From Azolla caroliniana (Eukaryota > Plantae > Polypodiophyta), in the NCBI GenBank assembly GCA_043228905.1, contig JBHGNT010000007.1, forward strand, positions 7,440,001 to 7,504,000: 64,000 nucleotides of DNA, read 5' to 3'. Both the position numbers and the translations under genes were made by a program. This document shows positions 24,746 to 36,209 of the stretch, in pieces; positions within the stretch are counted from its first letter, which is position 1; each line of letters opens with the position of its first letter. Under the pieces are notes generated by a model. The model was not told the origin of the DNA and did no database searches. It saw only the letters and a program-made list of their open reading frames with translations.

Positions 24746-26205
24746 CCCCCCCTTACATTGAACCCCCTTGGGAGGGGGGTGGAGACATTCTAGGCTCCAC
24801 CCCCCACCCCTCAATGCTTGTCTTGTTCTTCATTATCTCTCTCACCATTATACTCTCCATCATTTTCACTATTACACCAGTACCATTCATCCTCATCCTC
24901 TACCCTAAACCTTAAAACGTATAACAAATGGTATCTCCATTTCATAAAAAACACTATGGTGACAATCATAATGTTCTTTGTAATCCACTCCCTAATGACA
25001 AAATTGGCAAATTCTTTTTTTAGAGGTATTCATGTGCCATATTTTCTTAACTCAATCTCTAATTTATGTGATGAAGTTTGCATCTGCCCTATCACACTAC
25101 ACAACGCATAGAATAGATGTTTGTTTATATAAGATGGCATGATGATGAGTCCATCCTTTGATGTGTGTAAAAAGTGTCTTATAGTGGGTCATCTTCTTAC
25201 CAAGTGATCTTTTGGGGCTGATCCATGTCATCTTGGTTTCCAAGTTAATATTACCACTTTGGATCACACTATTCTTTTCAACTTTGTTCATGTTTAGATG
25301 GGAACAATGCAAATTGTATTGGAATGAGGGTAGTGCATTTACAATTATGCCATGTGACTCAAACCATTGTTGCATTTCAACAACAATGAATGTTTCCATG
25401 TTCAACAAGTTATTTTGATGACATAAGGTGTCAACCTTGATTAGGGACCTCCAAAAGTTGTTAGATACAAGTCATTGATTAGAATAACACCTCAATGATT
25501 ATAGGGGTTGCTCTCACCTATGCCCTAATTATATCATGGGACACCAATGCTTTAAACCTTATCATACATGCATTCATTTAGACTAAAGGTCTCTCTAAGT
25601 CTTTCTAGTTATTTGCCTTGGTAAGACTTAGTCCCCATGTTTTTACTCCACAGAGAAGAGTTTCATTAGTGAAAGAATACAAGTAGGAGAGATAAGTCAT
25701 GTTTATGATACAACTCAAAGGAACATTGCAAATATTTTTCGCCAAGGCATTAGCTTGTGAAAAAATTGAAAGCCTCGTGTCAATATTCAATTTATAACCA
25801 TTTGGTGAGTAATAACAACATGGACATTCATTATCATACATTTTAGAGGGGAATGTTAGATAATGGTATATATGTGGCTGTAATTCCTTAGGAAATGCAT
25901 GTAATTAAAATGTGTAAAATTATAGTACATTCCAATATGGTGCAACTTAGAGAAAGAGTAAGTTGTTAAAGTTGAATGACATGTGGCAATCATGCAATTG
26001 TGCAATATATCTATATAAAGGCTCTTCACTAATAAATTAGAATAATCTTTAACCCCAACCTTCAATACACACTTTTTTTTTTTTCTCGTAAGTACCTTAC
26101 CCTAGTGGTAAATTGTTAACATTACAAGCATTGCGTCGTGGGTTTGAAACCCGATCTCCTCACCTCTCTATTATATATACTTCATATGCTCTTAATTCAC
26201 TAGAG

Positions 26206-26286
26206 GCCACTGTGGAATGTAGGGGTTGAACCCATGACCACCTAGTCTCCATTAGGCAACGTTACCAACTGAGCTACATACATATG
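26206..26286 (-). mobile_element. tRNA-derived SINE-like element head
   Basis: Reverse complement catatgtatgtagctcagttggtaacgttgcctaatggagactaggtggtcatgggttcaacccctacattccacagtggc aligns with 19404-19482. Confidence 0.65.
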
Positions 26287-26295
26287 GGCTTCAAT

Positions 26296-26308
26296 ACACA
26301 CACACACA

Positions 26309-26377
<69 letters not shown>

Positions 26378-26395
26378 ATATGTTTGTATGTATGT
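26296..26395. repeat. Compound (CA)n(CT)n microsatellite
   Basis: Direct reading. Confidence 0.9.
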
Positions 26396-27087
26396 ACTCA
26401 ACTTGATTTCATCTCCAATGTACGCAACTTGATAACTTTTCATTACTCTAAATATGGATTGATGGAACTTGAGTTGTATTGGTGATTTATTTCCTTGATC
26501 CTTTTATATCAAACGTGAGGGTCGTGATAAAGTCTCACATGAGTTAGTGTTTATTTAATCTTGTGTACAAGCCACATAGTAGGATTACTATTTGTAGTTA
26601 ATCTACTCATAAGTAGCCTGAGAGTGATCGAAGGCACAATATTGCCTATCCCACCAAATGGTAGAGGGTGGCACATTTCTACATGTGCCTACATATGAAC
26701 ATTGAGGTGGTTCTCAAGAAGAACACCAACATAAGAAGTAGCATTAAGATGTTTTTACCCGGTAGTATGCTTTTTGTTGATATTTGTTTTCACCTATTTC
26801 CATACGAAAACTCATATCCTTCCTTCGCCTTCCGTAACATGATTAAATTCAAAGACTTTGGCGCTTTCTCCATGTGACCCAACCCTCAAACTTCTATCTA
26901 GCATTTTAAGATGTGGTGGATATTGTAACCATTGTCACATGAGACTCTTGTATATGTGGGAATGGTTGTATCATAAATACTTATCACTTATATGACAAAT
27001 GACAATTGCATGTGGCATTCAATATGTCACCGTGATAATAAAGTCAAACCATTTGCAAGTATTTCTTCTCATACTCATAATTGGTAT

Positions 27088-27708
27088 TGTGACGAACCTA
27101 AAACATGGGGGTCTCGAAACGAACCGAAAACACGGTGGGGAGAAGAGAGAATAACCAAAAGAGAGATTTCATTAATATAACTTAAGCATGATTAAGAAGA
27201 AGATTAGTTACAAGCTCCTTAGAACTACTATCATTAAGGAGAGGGGGATGAGAGAGTTTCTAAATTCGGGAATACTCAAAAATGAGGAGAGGGTTCTTCT
27301 TATATAGGCCAAGGAAGTGGCCATTATGCCAAGAGGTTTCTTTTGGTCTCCCCTGTGGCTGGTCTTTGGCACTTGGCCGTTGTTATTCTTGTAGCAGGGT
27401 CCGAGATTGGGTATTTACCAAGTCCCAACTCAAATTGGGACTTGTGGTCCCAACCCAAGGGTGGAACCCCTTCTTAGGAACTAGGACTGGAACCGTGGTT
27501 GGGACCGGTTCCCTTCTTGGATTCGAACTCCTTATGCTTGTGCAAACATTGATCGTGACCTCTTGTTTCCCAACTCGTTTTGGGGCTTCTTGGGTCCATC
27601 GTGACTCACTTCGGACCATGTTCCGGTTAGGACTCTTTAGGGACACCACAATATTGTAGGCCTTCTATGCTTTGCTATATATCAGGAATATATCGGGAGT
27701 ATATTACA
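27088..27708 (-). mobile_element. Probable solo LTR (gypsy-like ends)
   Basis: TGTGAC...cgggagtatattaCA termini; minus-strand TATA (cctatataag) near 27300; GC-richer than its flanks; no clear TSD. Confidence 0.5.
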
Positions 27709-28049
27709 CTACTTTTTGAAACAAACCCCACCACCCTTCTTGAATTGGCCACCACTTTGGACCATGCATAACACCACACTTCGGCCTATTGTTCATGAAA
27801 CATGTTTCCATCTCTCTTCATATGTGGATATACGAATAATATTCATTTGGGTTACCATTGCTCAAACTTTGTTGTATTCACTTCTAATTCCAATAATTCA
27901 AGCTCGTTATGTGATGGTGTGTCCTTGTATTTCAATGGTTTCTAATAAGTTGATTTTAGATGAACAACTTCTATTCATCACCTTCCATTGGGTCAACTTG
28001 CCTCTTGTTTTTGGTTCTACTTTGTGGTAGAGGTAAGTGTTGTATCATG

Positions 28050-29340
28050 ATATATTGTATCAAGAAAGACATGGGTGGTGATTAACTAAGTGATATGTGT
28101 CTGTATATTGTTTCAAATTTTGAGTAAAATGACATATATTCTCATCCTCCTAGGAGAATTGCTATGCGATGATATGTGCCAACACAAGCTCGATCTATGT
28201 GCTGCAAGATAGTTTTGCATTGCATATTGATGTGCTATTCAAATGTAGAAAGGGTTTACGATGTATTTTTTATTGAGCAAATGACATGTTAGAATTAGAC
28301 CTTATTATGTCTCTAACCTTGTTGATAAGCTATCATATTAAGTCATATGAAACTCATTTAGTTGAAAATAGGTGGGGGATTATTGGTATCCACTATCATG
28401 ACTCGTGCTTGTGAACTTGGATGCTTTGAATGCGAGTGTTCAGAGCGTCTTACCATGATAATGATACCCTATAATATTCATCCTTTCAAGAGCCCACAAC
28501 AAGAGTGTGATTCAAATAAATGTCCATGAGGTGTTTTAAACTCGTTAGGTATACAATTGAAACAACCGACGATGTGACAAATCAATATAACCCATGTTAC
28601 TTGCTTGGATTATGAGATCAAATATCCGGCTTCAAACTAAAATGTGGCTCATGACCGAAGGGTTGCATATGGTGCTAACCCAAAACAACTATATGCAATG
28701 CAAGTAAACAATACAACAAAAGTGCTTCTCTTTCTCATAGATTTCCTAGCCGAGCTATTTGGACAAATTCTATGCGCCCTATCCAACAATACGTATTTTC
28801 TCCAATGGACAAGATTTTGGGCACTCTAGATCATCTGGACAACCCACAATAGTAAGGTCTTCAATCGAAACAAACTACATGAACTTAGCTTCTTTAAGCA
28901 GTCCCTAAGGCAATCTCTGTTTGATTGTCTGCAACTTAGAGACATCACACTGCAAATTTACACTCTTTACTTTTGTGTGCTTCTAAGCTCTTTAGTGTCT
29001 AATTGACACTTGTATACTTCTCTTTATTCTTTGTGGATTTTTACCTCACTTTGAGGTTTCCCAATAGTAATAAAAGTGTTACTAAGACACAAAAACGAGA
29101 CAACAAGGTTGGTTCAGTTCTACACAGGGCGACACATTCTTGTGTGACACAGTGGCATTGTCTCATTGGGAGAGGTCCGTTGCTTTGGACGAGACAAAAC
29201 AATAAGAAGAAAAAGAGATCTCCGAAGGGACACAACCTCGTACCCACAACTTACAAGGGACTTTGGTGTGTGTGAAAGCAACACCACTTGATTGATTGTT
29301 GTAGCCTATGTATGTAATATGTATATGATATATCAATCAA
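28050..29340 (+). mobile_element. Old copia 3' end (RNase H remnant, PPT, LTR remnant) directly upstream of APE2
   Basis: Degenerate HIDV-type RNase H text at 28220-28310; purine tract aggtggggga near 28370 followed by LTR-like sequence. Confidence 0.4.
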
Positions 29341-29413
29341 TATGTACTATGCCCTGTTCAAAAAACAGTAGAGCCTGTCTTTTGATTGCTGAGCCCTGGT
29401 TTTAACAGAAACT

Positions 29414-32400
29414 ATGACCAGGATTGTCACTTATAATGTGAATGGATTGAGAGCTCGGATTCCTCCATACAAATCCCTTCATGGGTTTTTAAGCGCCCTT
29501 GATGCAGATATTATATGCCTTCAGGTAAAGATCCCTTTCATTTAACCCTACAAAATATGGTTTGTTTTCATGTTTCTCTCTTTCAATTACAAAAGGTGGG
29601 TATGATTCTCTCCGAAATATGCATATATATATATTTTTAAGATGTATATATATCTGGTTTAAATATATGCTTATTTTTTGTTCAATGTATTTACGAGCAA
29701 AACATGGATATGATTCATTTGAAATAATATGACTTTATAGCATTCTATGTGCACAGGAGGAGAATGATTAATTTCAAGCAATATGGTTTTATATGCATTT
29801 TTAAGGAAATGCATGTATACAAAACATGGGTATTATATTAATTTGAAACAATAGGGCTTACATATGCATTTTATGGAAGTTCATATATTGACAAGATGGG
29901 TAGGTTTTATTTGAGACCATATGTTACAAATGCATTATTTTAAGGAATGCATATCCAAAAGATTATTATGATTCAAACAATCTGCATATAAGAGTGGCTT
30001 TCAAATTTTGAATGCAATGGTGGTAGTTCATCCAAGAATGGGTCTGTGGATTCTTTCAATCCATTGTGGTAGTTCTTCCAAGAAGCATATCCAATCAAGT
30101 TTCATTGTTCGAACCATTCTTCAATCCAATATTTTGGAATTCTTATTTTCTATCTATCTTGTTGGTATTATGGTATGGCTTTCTAGGAAATAAAGTTATC
30201 CAAACAAGATCTTACTGCTGACATTGCAATATCTGAAGGATACGAAGCCTTTTTCTCATGCACAAGGACATCAAACAAGGGCAAAATAGGTTATTCAGGT
30301 ATGCAAAATAGGTTATTCAGGTATGCTCACTTCTTTTTAAATTATCATAAAAAATTAGATCTCACAATAATGAGGAACTAAAAGATGAATTTGTTTAGTG
30401 ATTAATATGTCCCGTAAGTACTCATCTCGTATGACTATGTATGGATTATGCTTTAGTTATGGATTTTTATAATATAAAGAAAACTTCCCTGAAGATGTCC
30501 TTTCATTTTGGTAATAAAGATTTGCACTGAACCCTCCACATATGTCAGCCACTACATTGGAAGGCTAATTACATGTTTGTTGTTTATTAATTAAAGCTAG
30601 TACTACATAGCATATATATATATATATTCTAGAGGATGTGTTTACGATTTCTTATTCCGTGCCTTGCATCAATTGCAACTTCTACTTAGGTGTGGCAACA
30701 TTTTGTCGTGCACCTGCAACTATACCCATTGCAGCAGATGAAGGTTTCACTGGGCTTCTACATTCTTCAAAGGGTATTCAAGTCATTGAGGGTGCCTCAA
30801 GGGTTGGATTCTATGATGATGTTTTGAATTCTATGCCACACGATGAGCTTCTTTGTTTGGATAATGAAGGTCGTTGCATCATAACTGACCATGGTTCTTT
30901 TGGTTAGTGAAAGATAACCCAAATATATTTTTTACCCTGGTAATTCTCAACATCGAGAGCTATAGAAATGCAATAAAGAGCTCTTATGCATAGCATTCTT
31001 TCTTTAATCCCATGCAGTGCTTTTTAACATATATGGACCACGTGTTGAACAAGGAGACATAGCACGTATGGAATTCAAGCTAAACTTCTATAAAGGATTG
31101 CAGGTTTTTTTGAATTGAAAGATCTTTTCTGCTGTAAATGTGATGAGTTTTCTTCCACCTTTAACCATGAAGATTATACTTGTATCTAAGTGAGGGACTC
31201 ATTTATATGTATCTAGAATTCACCTAAACTAAATATGACATCAATGTTGCTATTGTTTTTTCTGATGCAATGCTGTAAAAGCTTGTAATTGCACTTATGC
31301 TGACTGTTACTGTACACTCATTGCCAGTCTAACTTTGTGCTGTAGATTCGATGGGAAAGTCTCTTGAAAGCAGGAAAGAGGCTTCTTATTGTTGGAGACC
31401 TGAATATATGTCCTTTTGCAATCGACTCTTGCAATCCAGGACCAGAATTCAATTCTAATCCGTAAACTCTTTACTGATACTGAATTAAACTAAGTTGTGG
31501 CATGAATTAGGAATCAGCAAAGGTTCGGCTCAAGTCTGCACCGAACCATTAAACTGTTTTAAACGGTTTGGCGGTTTGGTTTGGTTTAGTCTTGAGCCTG
31601 GTTTGGGATGACTCAAGTCGAACTGAACCGATTTGGGCAACCCAGTTAAACCGGTTTAGGTAAGGGCAGGCCAGTTAAGCTGAAACTGAACCGTTGCGGA
31701 TTCCTAGCATGAATCTTCTAATGAGAGCTCTATTCATCTCACGTAACATGGTAAAGATAGTACTTACTACTCCGTCCACACATGCACACTTGATTGACGT
31801 ATTATAGGAGTTTTACTATTATAACAATTACGATTGTCTACTTACAGGATGCTAGCCAGTTATTTACGGTTCTCTAACATTTAATTCATTGGATATCATT
31901 GTTTATTAGATTTGTATCACAGCTGGTAATGATCATGCTAAGGTTTATGTATGCCTCAAATGCATGTAGATATACCATACAATCTGCATGATAAGGACAT
32001 TGGAATGATGTGAACAATCTGCATATAGATATCACATTTAACTTAAAAGAGTCAAAATGTGCAGTACATGTTTTTATCTGCACCATGACCATATGGCTAG
32101 ACACATGTAGCCAACCAGATTGGGGGTTCAATGGACTCATATATATACGTAACTAGGGGGAAATTTGTGCCTTTCTTGAAATCCATTTAACCGTAAACCT
32201 GTTTGTGATCTTCAAATATCTCTGGTGGATCCTCTCCTAACTGTATGTTGCTATATTTTAATGAATTGTTTTCTATTCAAGTTTAGGCTTTCACCTGTAG
32301 TGAATTTGGAAGAGACTTGACTCTTTCCAGAAGCATGATTCATGCTCTGATGTCTGTAAAAACCTTTCATATGTTGTTTAAGTGGTAGCATACTTTCATT

Positions 32401-34392
32401 ATTCATCTTGACTAGATGATTCTCTTTGAGAGAAGGTTCAGTTCTGTGACACAATACATCTTATTATTGATGTTGGATTTATTTTAATAGCATAATTTAT
32501 GGAACCTCAAACTGAGAGTTTCCAATGTTTAGCATGACCTGACAGATTTATATTGCTAATGCAAGAATGTCACAGGAGTCGAAAATGGTTACAGTCTTTG
32601 TTGAGCACACAAGGTGGTCCTTTAACTGATGTTTTCAGAGCTATTCATGGTGAGAGGTAAGGGTAAACGGGATAACACTGTACAAAGATGTTTATGGTGT
32701 GTGATTTATAACATTATGTGTGTAATATTTCAGGCAGGATGCATATACATGCTGGCCACAGCATACAGGTGGGGAAGAATTTAATTGGGGAACACGAATT
32801 GATCTCATCCTTGCAGGTGGGTTGTGTTCACATTCGCTGGAGAATATGTCAGATCTTGCTGTATTGGAGAATTCCCATGTATTTGCAAGTTGTGAGATAG
32901 AAGATTGCGATATAATGGTTAAATTCAAGCGCTACAAAGGAGACTCTTTACCTCGGTATTTGATTATGTACTGCTGGTTGTCATTTTTACAATGCTATGT
33001 ACATTTCCTAACTGTAAAGGTATATATTATTAGTAATTACCAAGGTAAGAATCTCCAAGAAAGTTGTGAAAATTGGGCATAGCATGATGGAATGGAATTG
33101 ATGCATTGGAAGGTGGTGAATTCTTGACAAAAGCAGAAATACAGACTACTGCTTTTCCATATTTGGGGGAGAGGATATTTTAGGAATTTGGACTTCTAAA
33201 TTGGCAAAATTATACTTATATCTTTCTTCTTTTCCAGTTGGGCAGGTGGGAGAACGCTGAAATTAGAAGGGTCTGATCATGTCCCTGTTTATGTGACACT
33301 CACGAGTCAACCAACAATTGAGCCTCATTGCATTCCATCTCTTGCTGTTCGGTTTTTGCCACAACTACGTGGTCGCCAACAGAGCATTGGTAGGCTTTAA
33401 GAGAGATGATCGATGTTTAAATTACATTAGGATTAAATGTTGAACAATAGTGATAGTCTAAATGAAAGACAATCTGAAAGTGAGTTCTTCTCGTAGATAC
33501 ACTACTTGCGCAAAGAACAAATATTAATGTTGGATATGATGTACATGGATCATCAGCATATATTACGAATGGCAACTCAACCGATGTTGAGATGGGTGTA
33601 AATGATGTGGAAGGAGAGAGAAGTACCAAAAACAACAATAGTTTTAAACGAGATACTGGTATCAAACCTACATCTTCAGTACCTAAGTTGCAAAAGTTTG
33701 ACCTCAAAATAAAGAAGATTAAAAGATATAGCCAAATGAGGTTACAGACATTTTTAACCAACTCTTCATCTACCAGCAATGTCGCCCCTAAACCAGGTCT
33801 TGTAGTTATCAACGAGGCTATAACAAGGGAAACCCAAACTATCAATCCGCAAAGCTCAATACAAGACACGATCATGGTTGAACATAGTGACATGGAGAAT
33901 ACTACTACTTGGAGCAATGTCAATGATGGTTGCAAGATCAGTGCTCATGAAGTGGATGTGAGAAGTATGAGGGAGATAGAGAAGTTTGTGTGCACTAATG
34001 AAGTTAATTACAACAATAACTTTGTAAAGAGGAGCTTGGATAAGTCAGAGGGAAAACGTTCTAATGATGTTAAGAAAGAACGTGTACAATCTGAATGGAA
34101 AAGAATCCAAGCAACAATGGCTCGACGAATTCCAGTATGCCGAGGTCATGGTGAGCCATGTGTATTCCGAGTAGTCATAAAAAAAGGGCCGAACTTAGGA
34201 CGTGGATTTTATGTGTGTGCACGAGCTCAGGCAAGTTTATCTTACAGACATTACATTACATTTTGTAATTCATATGAGAAACAAAACACTAAAATATCCT
34301 GCAACTGTTTTTTGATATTTATTAGAATACCTACCCCTCATCCAAAATTCTAATAGTATTTGTTGTTTTCCATCTATAGATGTAATGCCCCA

Positions 34393-34479
<87 letters not shown>

Positions 34480-34592
34480 ATGTATATACAAATTGATTGT
34501 TTGACGGAATGATTTTGTTTCAGGGCCCTTCTTCAAATCCAGAAGCTCGATGTGACCATTTTGAATGGGCATCACAGAAGTCAAAAAAATGA
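29414..34592 (+). CDS. APE2: DNA-(apurinic/apyrimidinic site) endonuclease 2 (ExoIII/EEP domain plus C-terminal GRF zinc finger), 10 exons
   Basis: [15 protein letters not shown]...DIICLQ|EIK (29414-29524; 30187-30298 GYSG), VATFC...[11 protein letters not shown] (30690-30902), FNIYGP (31018-31103), VGDLNICP (31346-31461), DVFRAIH (32577-32656), AYTCW..GTRID (32737-32954), GSDHVPV (33239-33389), 33497-34230 ([20 protein letters not shown]), 34524-34592 (CDHFEW, TGA). Confidence 0.95.
31508..31706. mobile_element. hAT-type MITE (199 bp) in an APE2 intron
   Basis: Perfect 8-bp TSD GCATGAAT; TIR taggaatc(a/c)gcaa. Confidence 0.9.
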
Positions 34593-36209
34593 AAACTGAT
34601 GGTATGGGAGTATTGTCAGTTATGATGAAAAACAACACATTTGCATTTAGTTGTGCAGCAAGTCAATATTGATTATATGTTAAGAAAACCATGATTAGTG
34701 ATTCAAAGCAAATATCTTACCTGATCAAATCAACCATGAGATATTTTTTGGAAAAATAGTAATCCCAACTTATGTATAGGATACAACCATAAGTGGATAT
34801 GTCATGCGATAACAGTTTTTGCCTTGGATGGTAATGCAATTGTATTATATTATGTACAACATTGTAATTACAAATTTTGTTTACACAGTTTTTTGTGTTG
34901 GAATGTAGGCAAATTCAAGCCTTGCTGTTATATCTCTTTATATGCTTTATATAATTACTGTTGTATGCTGTAAATATATAATGTATTCTCAAAAACTTGA
35001 TATGCTGTATAAATGTGAATACTGTTCAAAATATGTTATAGATATCAACACATTTTAACATTTGCTGATGTATTTCAAAGTTAAAGTGTTTGTTGATGCT
35101 CAAAGTTAATTGTTTGTCAATGCATCTTGTTAGAATCACATTTTATATGGATTTAAATGCTAATTGCAGTACATAGTGATTCAATGAGGTTGTAGGAGTG
35201 TTGCTATCCTTGAATATTTGAAGAGGTCTTCTCCAGGAAATATACTCAAACTCCACCAACATATTCATGCCAAACCTAGTTTGCAAATTAGAGGGATTAG
35301 TGTTTATCATCATGTTTTGTCTTTGCTTATCAAGCTTCCAAACGCTGTTGTCATGGTAAAATTGATATGATCCAGAATAAGTCTACATAACTTCCTATGA
35401 TGCAATTCTTATGTGGCACAACCATTATATTGATGACAATCACTTTTCACTAAGCATCATCATTGACATGTCTCTTTACAGTCATTCCCCTTCTCTGTAA
35501 ATTTGCATTAAGAAAGGGAACAAAATTTCCTGTTAAACCTTGTAAAAATGTGTTTATCACACATATGAATTGATAATGATGAAAATTAGCCGACACATCA
35601 TCTATTTGCTCGCATTCTACTCTCTTTAGTATTCATGGATCATCCTACTACTATTGTTTGACGTAAATTCACCATAATGACACTAGCACTACAGATATCC
35701 CAAATAAAAGCAAAATAGCAATGTCCTCAAATTAACAGATTTCCCTTTACAGCATAATCCTCCTTGTCTTTACATTTGCAGAAAAAAGGGAATAATATAT
35801 CACGTTAAAGCTTGTGAAAAAATGTGTTTATTACATATATCACTTGATAATGATGAACCATCATAGACATCCAAGGCTAATTGCATACAAGAGTGAACAC
35901 CTGCACCCTTTATGACAAATTCAGAATGCATCCACTCTTCATTAAAAAATCTCCACAAAATGTCAAGCGTTGGTATGAAACACAAACTCTTCATGCAATG
36001 TCATTCATTGGTATGAAAAAGTATGCATTCACACTTTACCAAAATTCTCCGAGAAAATTCACTCCAGTAAGAAAAGCCAAAATTCCATGCATTCTTTACA
36101 AAAACTCTTCAAAAGCGGTCACTGAGCAGTATGAAACACCAATACTCTTCAAGAAAGGTTATTCATGATATCCATGCATTCTTTACCAAAACTCTTTAGA
36201 AGTAGCCAC

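Noticed and set aside
24900-26070. Possible gene or TE coding remnant
   Set aside because: No motif could be read reliably; probably decayed TE, left uncalled.
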